Notes: a model not told the origin generated them from the letters alone. DNA of 63,933 bases, filler included, from Octopus bimaculoides (GCF_001194135.2; 4 parts of 4 records of this genome joined end to end with filler, not necessarily neighbours in it), one strand, 5' to 3'; shown: positions 38,488 to 50,254, counted from the first letter of the whole stretch. Made by a program: numbers and translations.

Positions 38488-38727
38488 AAGGTGTTTATAA
38501 GCCATTTAAAAACACACAAAAACCGTTAGATTCACTTCCAACATTTAAATTTAATTCGTCAAAATATTTTCGCTGCTTTGAGATCACAACCTGTTCACTG
38601 ACAAAGTAATTTTGCCAGTGAACAGGTTGCGGTCTCAAAGCGACGGAAATATTTTGACAAATTAAATTTAAATGTTGGAAGTGAATCTAACGGTTTTTGT
38701 GTGTTTTAAATGGCTTATAAACACCTT
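38488..38727. repeat. 240-bp near-perfect palindrome (about 118-bp arms, 5-nt spacer), each arm starting with a hammerhead-topology motif
   Basis: aaggtgtttataagcc..ttcactgacaaa GTAAT tttgccagtgaac..ggcttataaacacctt. Confidence 0.92.
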
Positions 38728-38784
38728 CCACACTAAAATTGTAAATATCAGGATTTGTGTAAAAAAAAAATTAACATATTTTGT

Positions 38785-38841
38785 GTAGGAGTGGCTGTGT
38801 GGTAACTAGCTTGCTTACGAACCACATGGTTCCGGGTTCAG
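38785..38841 (+). mobile_element. SINE family B head, cut by a gap
   Basis: gtaggagtggctgtgtggtaactagcttgcttacgaaccacatggttccgggttcag. Confidence 0.85.
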
Positions 38842-38941
38842 NNNNNNNNNNNNNNNNNNNNNNNNNNNNNNNNNNNNNNNNNNNNNNNNNNNNNNNNNNN
38901 NNNNNNNNNNNNNNNNNNNNNNNNNNNNNNNNNNNNNNNNN

Positions 38942-38977
<36 letters not shown>

Positions 38978-38996
38978 GTGTGTGTGCGCGCGCGCT

Positions 38997-39070
38997 CACT
39001 AGCGTAGCTCGAGTGGTGTGCCGCCCGGGGCAGACCGCTCCTACAGCCCCTCCCCCTAGCTACGCTAGTG
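38997..39070. mobile_element. 74-bp GC-rich mini-MITE with perfect 13-bp TIRs
   Basis: CACTAGCGTAGCT..AGCTACGCTAGTG; inner gagtggt/accgctc also pairs; no TSD detected. Confidence 0.65.
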
Positions 39071-39174
39071 TGTATGCCGCAGCCCAACGGTTATGCACCA
39101 ACTTGACCGCAGTTTTATAGTTGAAACACTTAAAAGAATAGAGATATATAAATGTGTGTGTGTGTGTGTGTGTA

Positions 39175-39520
39175 CAGGGTGAGTTGAATAAACTGTCGTC
39201 TAAATTATGCAAACATGAAAAAATAGCACTGCCATCTCATTTTAACAGATATATTTACCAAAATTACATAAAAATATCTTGAAATACTAAAGAGTAAATT
39301 TATCACTAGTGATCCCTCCAGACACCATGATGTTAACTGGTTGTTTGATTTTTATCCCTCTCGCTACGTAAGCTGTCTTCAGATTGACACCCAAACACTC
39401 TGAAATGTTCGTATTGGAGCTTCCGGCACGAATGCCAACCAGTACAGCATGTCGTTTCCAAATTTCTGTGAATTGCATCATAATGCTGTTTATCTCACAG
39501 ACGGTGCTCAACTGACCCTA
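39175..39520 (-). mobile_element. Internally deleted Tc1/mariner-superfamily element
   Basis: TA+cagggtgagttgaat end. ORF joins an HTH-like segment (WKRHAVLVGIRAGSSNTNISECLGVNLKT) to a catalytic-region motif (KQPVNIMVSGGITSD). Right end uncertain. Confidence 0.55.
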
Positions 39521-40029
39521 CCATACTGTGTAGTCGATTAAATCATAAACAAACAATGTGCATGCGTAAAATTGTAATGAACTACATCTACCAACATTAT
39601 GATGGATCTCCGAACCCCCAGAAACAGCTGTTGAACTTATAACATCTTTCTTCCCCACCCTTATTTTTCTCTGTCGTTTTCACTCTGTGTAAGTTGGATC
39701 TCTTAATATAAATATCTATATATTTATACTAATGTATGCATCGTTTGAAAGTCTTCACTTTTTGCTTTATCTCATTTTGCATGTATACATTTCCTTTACT
39801 TTTTCTTCTGAAACAAGCAAAAAAAAAAGGATACAAACACCAACAAACACACACACACACACACACACACATCCAAACATAAACACATTTAGAGAGACGT
39901 ACAGACACAAAAACATAGGACCATACACATACACACACAGAGAAACACAAAAACACATATACATGTATTCGTTCACGTATATTCATACATATAATAATAT
40001 TAATTGTCCCTTTTCGTCTATGCAGCCGT

Positions 40030-41030
40030 TCAATTTTACTTAGAGGTCACTTAATCGAACATATCAGGGGCTCCTTTTTCTGCAGCTTCTTTCATGGCTG
40101 ATTCTTCCTATGATTGAAGTGCAGCTTCTGTCACAGTACTTGCATACCAAGAGGGTGGCTCAGCGCTCTGCATTTCTGTTGTTTTCCATTCGCCGCTGAC
40201 GCTACTCAACTTGTTTGTTTCTGTAGCTGCTCTCTCTAGCGAAGCAGTTCCTTCCTTCACCACAGTCCTCCATGTTGTTCTGTCCTCAGCCCTCTCTTCC
40301 CAGGTGCTGACATCCACCTCACACTTGGACCACCTAGTGTCCTTATACCTCAGTTTTGGTCTNNNNNNNNNNNNNNNNNNNNNNNNNNNNNNNNNNNNNN
40401 NNNNNNNNNNNNNNNNNNNNNNNNNNNNNNNNNNNNNNNNNNNNNNNNNNNNNNNNNNNNNNNNNNNNNNNNNNNNNNNNNNNNNNNNNNNNNNNNNNNN
40501 NNNNNNNNNNNNNNNNNNNNNNNNNNNNNNNNNNNNNNNNNNNNNNNNNNNNNNNNNNNNNNNNNNNNNNNNNNNNNNNNNNNNNNNNNNNNNNNNNNNN
40601 NNNNNNNNNNNNNNNNNNNNNNNNNNNNNNNNGGAGTATGCTGAGGACACATGCTTCATGAATCCTGATCTTTGTCTTGATGTCTAATCTCTTGTTCTTC
40701 CATATTCGTTTTGTCAGCCTTCCGAAAGATGTTGCTGCCTTCCCTATCCTGACATTAATCTCGTCATCAAGTGAAGCAGGAGAGGAAATGGTAGACCCCA
40801 GATAGCAGAACCTGTCCAGTCAACTGTCTCAAGTTGTCATCAAGCTTGATATGGCCCTTCACTGCGCCCTCCTGAGTGAGGATGACTGTCTTCTTTACAT
40901 TGATGACCAGACCGAAGGCCTTGCATGCTGATGATAGGTGGTCCATCATTATTTGTAGATTTAATTCACTGTGAGCAACAAGTGCCGCATCGTCGGCGAA
41001 GAGAAAGTCTTTTATTGTTGCTCTATTGAT
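40030..41030 (-). mobile_element. RTE (BovB-like) LINE: RT to C-terminal zinc finger, interrupted by a gap
   Basis: DFLFADDAALVAHSE, ACKAFGLVINVKKTV, FCYLGSTI, EINVRIGKAATSFGRL, RPKLRYKD, WEERAEDRTTWR, CKYCDRSC..IGRISH. Confidence 0.93.
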
Positions 41031-41823
41031 CATACATATATACATACACATATACAAACGTGTGTATATTGTTTTTAAAAAAGCGGGTGGGAGAGAATTG
41101 AGTACATCAACAATAGAGAAATGGAACTTTATGGCGTGGTCATTTTGGTATGAAATGATACTATAAAATCTTGTTAATGATAAACGTTCCTACCATCTAG
41201 TCTATTTGCCAATATGGTCACAAACATACATATGTATTTAGAGTTCACACAAATACACACACACACACACACACATACACACAGATGTATATATAGATAC
41301 ATATCCTCATATACATATATTTTATATAGAAGACACATACACACAACACACGCATATATGTAAGTATGTATGTATTATAATATTACTTAGCCATACAAGT
41401 ATTCACAACCAGTTGTTAGCAATCTATACATTTATACTTTACGGTGAACCTTCAATACAGTAAAATCAATTAATAAATGAATGACAAAAAGAACTACACT
41501 TCCTAATCGCTTTCGTCTGTTTGCAGCTGTTTGCCAATCAACTCAGGGTGCAGGCTTATTTATAGAAAAAGCATCTGCGATGACGTAATTCCTAGTTCTT
41601 TTGCTATTCATTTATGAAATAACACACACACACACACACACACACGTATGCATATTTTGGCTTAATTTCTTTACTGAAAGGAATGTACGTATGTACGTGC
41701 TAGTTGTAACCGATCTTAAAAGTATTTATTCTGTAAGACTTGTGTAATTTCCATCAATTGCAGCAACAGGTGTAGCTCTTGCTCTGTGTGCCATCGCTAT
41801 ATATATATATATATATATATATA

Positions 41824-41970
41824 GGGAGAATTCACAAAAAAAAACAAAAGACGAAGACAGGTCGTGTAGAAAACAAACAGATGTATTAGTATAACGCTCG
41901 GGAAGTGAAAAAGTCTTTAACGTTTCGAGCCTACGCTCTTCCACAGAAAGAAACAAGGAGAGAAAAAAAA
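41824..41970 (-). mobile_element. Repeat family D (Penelope pLTR-like) anchored at (TA)n; hammerhead-topology motif at 41914-41951
   Basis: Minus strand TCTTT-CTGTGGA-A-GAGC gtag GCTC-GAA-ACGT-T-AAAGA; related copies at 47549-47737 and 59985-60033. Confidence 0.7.
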
Positions 41971-42111
41971 CCTGGTAGCCATAACCCGAATTTACAGAAT
42001 CAACGAGGATAGGATGAATTCAAACCAACACCACACCATGAATTTTTGTAAAATATCAATAGTCATCATAAAAACAGCTTACATACAAACAAACATACAT
42101 ACAAATATACA

Positions 42112-42260
42112 GACGCACATGGCTTAGTGGTCAGAGCATTGAGCCCACACATTATGAGGTAGAGAGTTCGATTCCCAGAACGAGCTGTGTGTTGTGTTCT
42201 TGAGCAAGACATTTTATTTCACATTGCTCCTGTTCACCCAGGTTTAGAAATGGCTGAACG
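42112..42260 (+). mobile_element. SINE family C, diverged
   Basis: gcacatggcttagtggtcagag..gttcgattccc..gttcttgagcaagacatttt. Confidence 0.75.
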
Positions 42261-42591
42261 GTTAAAAAGCTTCGCTTCAAAATCATAGGGCTCTCGATTT
42301 TGTCTTCAGTGCTTGACATGTTGGCAATTACCTTTCATCATACCCTCGTGGTAACGTAAGCGCCGTGAGTGAGGTTGGGGAGACAGATACAGGATAGATT
42401 CCGTCTGAAGATTATGTCAAGGGTACACATATCTGTTGAGTACTCAGTCACCCTTGTACAGAAATTCCATGAGCATGCATATAGCTCAGTTGATCGAAAA
42501 CCTCAGTACTCGTCGTCGAAACCAACTGGGGTCCATTTATTTTCAGTTTATATAAGTAATCAATGCTATTTTCTGTAACATTACGTGGATC

Positions 42592-42728
42592 TTTTCAGTT
42601 TGGCTGCCAATTTTTCGAAAATTCAAAGTTTACTGAAATTTTAAAATTTGGTACATTAATGTAGTTTTCCAAGCTGGATCTTGAGAGATATTTCACTTTT
42701 TCCTGAAAATTAGCACCCAAACTGAAAA
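42592..42728. mobile_element. Small MITE with 23-bp imperfect TIRs
   Basis: ttttcagtttggctgccaatttt / aaaattagcacccaaactgaaaa. Confidence 0.6.
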
Positions 42729-42780
42729 AAATCTCATTAGCTATCTATAATTATTTGTCTATTTCATTTTATTTCATAAG

Positions 42781-42837
42781 ATTACCCGCCTGTATGTACT
42801 CTAAAGCAACACCAGGACTGTTATTTACCGAATAAAG
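42781..42837 (+). CDS. DEG/ENaC channel subunit, internal exon C (thumb domain)
   Basis: Acceptor tttcattttatttcataag, donor gtgagt, phase 1-1. (D)YPPVCTLKQHQDCYLPNK resembles the ASIC P.CT..Q...C..P segment; same strand and assembly segment as exons A and B. Confidence 0.75.
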
Positions 42838-43617
42838 GTGAGTATGTTTACGATGGATTTAGCAAATATCCAAACATATAATTTATGTATGTTTTTTATT
42901 CGATCTTATTACCAATGTGTTTAATTTCTACATCATGTTTCTTCAATAGTTAATCCTATTATCCAAGAGATTCCGTTAATCTTGAAATGTTATAGCCTCT
43001 TGTCCAATACATACGTGCGCAGATACACACACACATACATATATATATATTATTTTATTCGTTTCGGCCATGCAGCTGCGATATATANNNNNNNNNNNNN
43101 NNNNNNNNNNNNNNNNNNNNNNNNNNNNNNNNNNNNNNNNNNNNNNNNNNNNNNNNNNNNNNNNNNNNNNNNNNNNNNNNNNNNNNNNNNNNNNNNNNNN
43201 NNNNNNNNNNNNNNNNNNNNNNNNNNNNNNNNNNNNNNNNNNNNNNNNNNNNNNNNNNNNNNNNNNNNNNNNNNNNNNNNNNNNNNNNNNNNNNNNNNNN
43301 NNNNNNNNNNNNNNNNNNNNNNNNNNNNNNNNNNNNNNNNNNNNNNNNNNNNNNNNNNNNNNNNNNNNNNNNNNNNNNNNNNNNNNNNNNNNNNNNNNNN
43401 NNNNNNNNNNNNNNNNNNNNNNNNNNNNNNNNNNNNNNNNNNNNNNNNNNNNNNNNNNNNNNNNNNNNNNNNNNNNNNNNNNNNNNNNNNNNNNNNNNNN
43501 NNNNNNNNNNNNNNNNNNNNNNNNNNNNNNNNNNNATATATATATATATACATGAGTGTGTGTGTGTGTGTGTATGTTTATTTGCTTTTATGTCCAGTTA
43601 TAATCCTTTCTACTAAA

Positions 43618-43765
43618 GGCACAAGACCCCAGTACTCAAGTAGTGCTTATTTTATCGACCCGAAAGGATGAAAGGCTAAGTCAACCTCACCTCGGCGGAA
43701 TTTGAACTCAGAACGAAAGACTGACGAAACGCCGTACTAACGATTCTGCCAACTCCCCGCCTTAA
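43618..43765 (-). mobile_element. SINE family A
   Basis: Reverse complement aaggcggggagttggcagaatcgttag..gttctgagttcaaattccgccgagg..cctttcatcctttcgggtcgataaaataag. Confidence 0.85.
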
Positions 43766-44279
43766 ATGCCCACTTTTAATAAAAACAATTAACCTATTGG
43801 ATTAGAGTACAGATTCATTGTTCTTACATAAGACTGTTGTTGTCTGTGACTTCGAAGTTTGTTTGTGTGTGTGTATGTGTGTGGGGTGACGGTGTAGTGC
43901 TTTTGGAAATTGAGAACGCCACAAACGGCGTTACTCCGTGTTACTCCGAGTTTCAGGAAATCGATCATCAGACCAGTGGACTTTTGAAGCAATACAGTCG
44001 TTTTACATACTCCTTTACTCCTTTACTTGTTTCATAGAACATTAATAGCTTAACAATTGAGAGAAAAGTGAAACTACTTTATGTCTACGTACAGGATAAC
44101 TTTTCAATAAATAAGTATATGTACATACATATTTCTATGTATGTATGTATGTATGTATGTATGTATGTATGTATTGATATTTATATACTTACATAGATAT
44201 ATTTGCATGTACAGATATATATTTTTTTCGTAGATATATACATGTACATATATATATATTTTTTCGTTGTTACTTTTTT

Positions 44280-44621
44280 ATTATTATTATTATTATTCAG
44301 TAGTTTTATTTTTATAACGTGCTTTGACTTCACTACCGAGCGCAGCTCTGTGCGCCTTGGGTATGTGCTGTGGTTTGCTGTGGTGCTCTTATGTTTACTG
44401 TATTGAAAGTGTTTTGCGTAGAATGTGTGCAGTACCCAGTAGTGCAATTTTCTGTATGTTATATATATTTGTAAGTCCTGGTGTTTTTGTTATGTATTTG
44501 TCTGAATATTTTTTTATTATACCTAAGGCACCTACTATGATAGGAATTGTTTCTGTTTTTAGATTCCACATTCGAGTTATCTCTATTTCCAGGTCTTTGT
44601 ATTTTGAAAGTTTTTCCATTT
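44280..44621 (-). mobile_element. R4/Dong non-LTR 3' end: open endonuclease C-terminus, 3' UTR and (AAT)n tail
   Basis: MEKLSKYKDLEIEITRMWNLKTETIPIIVGALGII..IQKIALLGTAHILRKTLSIQ*; UTR hairpin gcgcacagagctgcgc; ends in (AAT)n. Confidence 0.9.
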
Positions 44622-45301
44622 NNNNNNNNNNNNNNNNNNNNNNNNNNNNNNNNNNNNNNNNNNNNTTAATTAATTAANNNNNNNNNNNNNNNNNNNNNNN
44701 NNNNNNNNNNNNNNNNNNNNNAATCATCCCCCCCCCCAAAAGCTCTACTTTGTAATTTGTCCATTTTCTGTATTTAGCCCTGTGTGGCTATAATAAAAAG
44801 ATATCTATCTATCTATATGTATACACAAACAGACATACGGACACTCACATACACACATACACATATACACACTCATACCCACTCACGCACACACGCACAC
44901 ACACATATCATGTGGAGTGTCATTTTCCTGCATTGACCTATTATTTGATCATAATAAATGTTAAATTATAAATAATAGTTACAGACATACATGTGTGTGC
45001 GTATGTGCGCGCGCATGTATAATCCGTTCATAGTCCGGGGTCTATACGGTTTTAAGCCCGTCTCATGTTAAACGTCTTTATAATTTTCTGCTACTTTTGC
45101 TAGTAATGGTAACGGAATAATCCCTCACAAGACATGTTGTATACTACAGGCAGGTTATACATGATTGTCTTTGTGCTATAGTTATACGAGAAGGCATGTC
45201 ATATACCAAAACGTTCAAGAAAGTATTTTTATCGTAAGCATTTATATAGTCTAACTGTAAAATAAAGCCCATGTACTGAACATGGGGATTTGCTAAGGTT
45301 A

Positions 45302-45520
45302 TACTCTTTACTTGTTTCAGGCATTTGACTGCGGCCATGCTAGAGCACCGCCTTTAGTCGAGAAAATCGACCCCAGGAGTTATTTTTTTTTGGAAGCCTA
45401 ACAAATCCACTCACAAGCCTAGGCTATAGTAGAAGACACTTGCCCAAGGTGCCACGCAGTGGGAATGAACCCGGAACCATGTGGTTGGTAAGCAAGCTAC
45501 TTACCACACAGCCACTCCAG
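45302..45520 (-). mobile_element. SINE family B, internally deleted
   Basis: Head (45420-45520) joined almost directly to the tail (45302-45400). Confidence 0.85.
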
Positions 45521-47000
45521 CTATCTCAACAGATATTTATTAGAAATTATAGCCAACGCTGATTCTATTTGTGACGTTTCGTATCCGAAACGCTAGATGT
45601 AAAAAAACGATCAGATCGAACTTGAAAAATAGGTAATAGGTGCATATCCCATAATTCGGGAGTTTTTACTCCCTCATCAACACCCATCTACTACATGAGG
45701 GATCGATCCTACCTGTAAGGTATCGATGCAGGATATTTCAAAACGATCACTATCAGCTATAAATTTTCCCGTGTATTCTATTTTCCGTCTCAGTTATTTG
45801 TTATATGTATGTGGGTGTGTTTGTGTACATATTTTTGTACCCCTGTGTCAGTTCAGGATTCTCATCGTATGCGAGAGAGACCTGCTGCTAGTACCATGTA
45901 CTTCATGTTCCATGGTCGGCCGGTCGGCGGCTAAACCTTCTCTACCGCTTGAGTAGCTTGCCACTCTTCTTGTGACGAGAGTATCTGGACTCCCGGCAGG
46001 ATTCCAAAAACAAGACCTGTCGAAGGAAGGATGAGTGACTTTGAGGCCAACCGCCTTCCGGTTGTGGAAGGAAATTGCAAACCACCCACAATATCTTTTC
46101 CAACAGAACACAATACGAAGGTTAGAATGAAGCAAGCCATGGTTTCATCCGATGAGAGAACACGCGGTTAATCGGGTAGACTATAGTTGAAGCGTAATCA
46201 ACGCACTGCAGAGAGCAGACGATACATAACGACGGTGACATTTATCATTACATTTTACGTTATTCATAAGAAAGACGGTGTTGTATGTTAAATCAAATAG
46301 AAACCTACGAAAGAAATTGCCGAAAATATTCTAATGAGAGTTGAAACTAATCGTATAGTTTATTGTATATTTGCTTTCTGTATTCTTTTGGTTATCTTTG
46401 AGTTTCAAACAACAACACTCACTAGATTTTTTTAACTAAAAATACTGTATATGGCTGCTCTTGTGATATTTAATCCTAACCACAGTTTGATCAAAATCTC
46501 GTCTTATTTATGTGTTTATATGCATTTATTTATACGTCTGTATGTATATATATATATATATATANNNNNNNNNNNNNNNNNNNNNNNNNNNNNNNNNNNN
46601 NNNNNNNNNNNNNNNNNNNNNNNNNNNNNNNNNNNNNNNNNNNNNNNNNNNNNNNNNNNNNNNNNNNNNNNNNNNNNNNNNNNNNNNNNNNNNNNNNNNN
46701 NNNNNNNNNNNNNNNNNNNNNNNNNNNNNNNNNNNNNNNNNNNNNNNNNNNNNNNNNNNNNNNNNNNNNNNNNNNNNNNNNNNNNNNNNNNNNNNNNNNN
46801 NNNNNNNNNNNNNNNNNNNNNNNNNNNNNNNNNNNNNNNNNNNNNNNNNNNNNNNNNNNNNNNNNNNNNNNNNNNNNNNNNNNNNNNNNNNNNNNNNNNN
46901 NNNNNNNNNNNNNNNNNNNNNNNNNNNNNNNNNNNNNNNNNNNNNNNNNNNNNNNNNNNNNNNNNNNNNNNNNNNNNNNNNNNNNNNNNNNNNNNNNNNN

Positions 47001-47036
<36 letters not shown>

Positions 47037-47248
47037 TTGTATGCATAAACGCATGGATTTACACGAGAGCGTATATATGTATTAATGTATGTGTGTATAC
47101 GCATGTATATGTGTATATGCATATAAATATGCATTTCTACGAACATATATACATATGCATATATATATATATATATGTACATATATAGAAGTATGAATAA
47201 ATATATACATATTTATAAGTATATGTACACACACATGCACACACACGC

Positions 47249-47279
<31 letters not shown>

Positions 47280-47548
47280 AACGTGTGCAGTTGTACGCAT
47301 GTGCATATATATATATAAATCTGTGTGTTTATACGCGTATGTATATATCTGAAGATATATATAGGTATGCATACATATATAAATATATATAAATATATAT
47401 ACATAAACGCATGTATTTATACGAGAGTATATATATGTAAAAATGTTTGTATTTATACGCATGTCTATGTGTATATGTATATAAATGTGCATCTATCCGT
47501 ATATATTTATATACATCCATATATATACATATAATATATATATATATA

Positions 47549-47735
47549 TGGGAGAATATACAAATAATAACAACAGACGAGGACAGGTGGTGTAAATAAC
47601 AAAAGGATATATTAGTATGACGCTCGGGAATACGGAAAGTCTTTGACGTTTCGAGCTACGCTCTTCAACAGAAAGAATACGGAGACAAGGAGAAAAACAC
47701 GGAGAAAAAAAAATTGAATAGTGTTCAGTCAACGG

Positions 47736-47737
<2 letters not shown>
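47549..47737 (-). mobile_element. Repeat family D; hammerhead-topology motif at 47640-47676
   Basis: Minus strand TCTTT-CTGTTGA-A-GAGC gta GCTC-GAA-ACGT-C-AAAGA; (TA)n on both sides. Confidence 0.7.
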
Positions 47738-47792
<55 letters not shown>

Positions 47793-48212
47793 CAAATAAA
47801 TACTAGACATACACACTTGCTGCCAAATTTCTACATACATATATACATTCTAAGCACCAATGTAACCCCAAATGTAATCAATAAAAACGTCCCTAAGCCA
47901 CCTCTCCATAACTACCCAAAAGCCTATGCAACGCACCTCTCAAACCCACACACCGAATGAAGATTCTAATGCAACAGAGACTATATAAAGTGAAGACCAA
48001 TTCTAATATATAGCAGACAAACAATGGGTTAACTATTCCCAACATCGACGTCACTGTCAATAATATTCTAGTTTAAGAGTAATACATTTGTACTCTGTGA
48101 AATTATAGGGAAACCCATCAGATTAATATGAAAGTATTTTTATAATAACTAAACATAAAAACAAGCATTTGCACACACAAACACGCACACACTCACACAC
48201 ACACACACACAC

Positions 48213-48248
<36 letters not shown>

Positions 48249-49004
48249 GCACACTCACACGCGCAAAGACACGCGCACACATATGAATATAATACATTCG
48301 AAGAAATGTGCGTATGTATATATATATATATTGTTTGTGTATACACTATTTCGTCTGAACATAGCGCTCTCTGTACGTCTCTTTACCCCACATCGGTCTT
48401 AATCCTCTTGTTGCTGCGCTAGCCACTTTGCTCAATACAATACATTCTCACAACTGCATCAGCGTTGTGACATTTGAACGTAGAGCACCGATTCACCCTT
48501 TTATTTTCCTGTACTCATTCACTGATAGAAGTTCAATCTGAATATCATCCATATTGATCACAACATCCTGCAAAAATATAAAATGTCGTTTATATAGAAT
48601 GTTTTAGATGGGTCCAGTGCGCTTTTGTCTGGTTTTTCTAATATTATTTCTCTTTAGTTTCTTTTTAAACATTCAAATTATTTTATTAGTTTCCTAGCTT
48701 CAGGTTCTAGCACTTTTTCTAGTGCCCTGCGTTCAAGATCTCTCTCAAAATTATAATGACCCCAATACTTCAAATGGTGGGTATTTTATTCATCTATAAC
48801 GATCAGAATTTTGAAACTAACCATATTTACAAATTCATTTGTTTTACTGATCAAAACAGCATTTATTCATTAAATACATATGCAAGCTTTTATGTATGCT
48901 ACATCCTAATTTTATTATCTACAAATTTTCACCAATGGAAATACAGCCGGTTGCTAGTCTAGAATCAACGGTCCTTCATTAAAATTTGTAAAGAAAACCA
49001 CGGC

Positions 49005-49036
<32 letters not shown>

Positions 49037-49249
49037 GAGACTGACATAGGCACAGGCACAGGCACACAGATACAGACACACGCACACACACACACATATG
49101 TGTGTGTGTGTGTGTGTATGTGTGTGCGAATACATATTTATACACACATACATGCGTGTTTATGTGTTTGCTTGTATAAGCATGTGGATATGTATGCCTA
49201 TACATACATATGTGTATTGCACATATCAGAGTATATATAGATGGTGTTG

Positions 49250-50200
49250 CAAATGAGGACCTTGTGAATGCTGAATTTTTTAAACTCTATAACCGCTTGC
49301 CAGATTGTGGCTGTAACCTTCTGCTTAGATGTGTTCTCTCTGGATTTGTGCATGCAATATTTTCTAGATGTTCACAGGGCTGTTAATGAGGTAACCAAGT
49401 GTTAACATTGGTGCAAATCTATATATTATGTTCTGATCGTAAAACTGAATATTTCTGATCAGTTCAATATATATGTTCTCTTTGTCACAAGGTTTAACAG
49501 TATGTTTTTATCTGTTTGGCAACTGAGATTAGTCCGTGATCTCTGCACCTGAACCATATTAACTGCATATTATAGAAATCTTGTTTTTGACATTCTACCA
49601 GTAGATGTTGTCGAAGATATATGATGAGATATTCAAATGCTGTGTTTTGTCTTTCTAAATAGAGTTACTTTTGACCGGCTACATGCTTAGTAGCAAGGTT
49701 GTGAGAGAAAACACTTTTTATTCACTATTCTTTAAATCAAAATGGATCTTGCAGATTTTCATTGAAAAATGTATCGTGACCATTTGTTGTGTATGGTTTA
49801 TAGAGTAGCGTTCTCTTCCTTAGAACCCAAGTTCAGTCAAGTTTTGCTCGGGCGGGTTGGTCCGTATCCTGAAGCTGAACGTATATCCTCGTTACTGCTT
49901 TTGGAACCTCCTTAATTCTGGCCCATATATATGACTCCTTTCTCATATATATATTTTCCTAGCTACATTTGTGTACAGAAGGCAGTTTGTTTTCACAACT
50001 ACTTTTCTTATATTTCAACAAAACGATATCTGTGAGATTGCGTATTACCTTAGTGTCTCTTTTAATATTTAATTTACCTAGTATTCTTTTGGCACGATAA
50101 AGCCAACTCCGCCGCTTACATATTTGTCATCGTTTTACAAACTCTTCAGGCCACAATACCATTCCTATTGGGAAGACATTCTCTTACACTTGGCAATAAG
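49250..50200 (-). mobile_element. RTE-like AP-endonuclease region, degraded
   Basis: WYCG, SGGVGFIVPKE, GAEITD (~gad..tDH) in endonuclease order; many stops. Confidence 0.55.
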
Positions 50201-50254
50201 GTGGTTGCTGTCTTCAGTCCCTGCATCTATGTATATATGTATGTATGAAACTGA

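Noticed and set aside
41525-41585. Strong-looking acceptor and candidate exon for the missing ENaC middle
   Set aside because: No frame gives the expected GL..LN.E..EY or C..EC..CGC motifs.
43950-43980. Minus-strand CTGATGA..GAAAC possible hammerhead
   Set aside because: Stem II cannot close next to GAAA and there is no stem I/III pairing.
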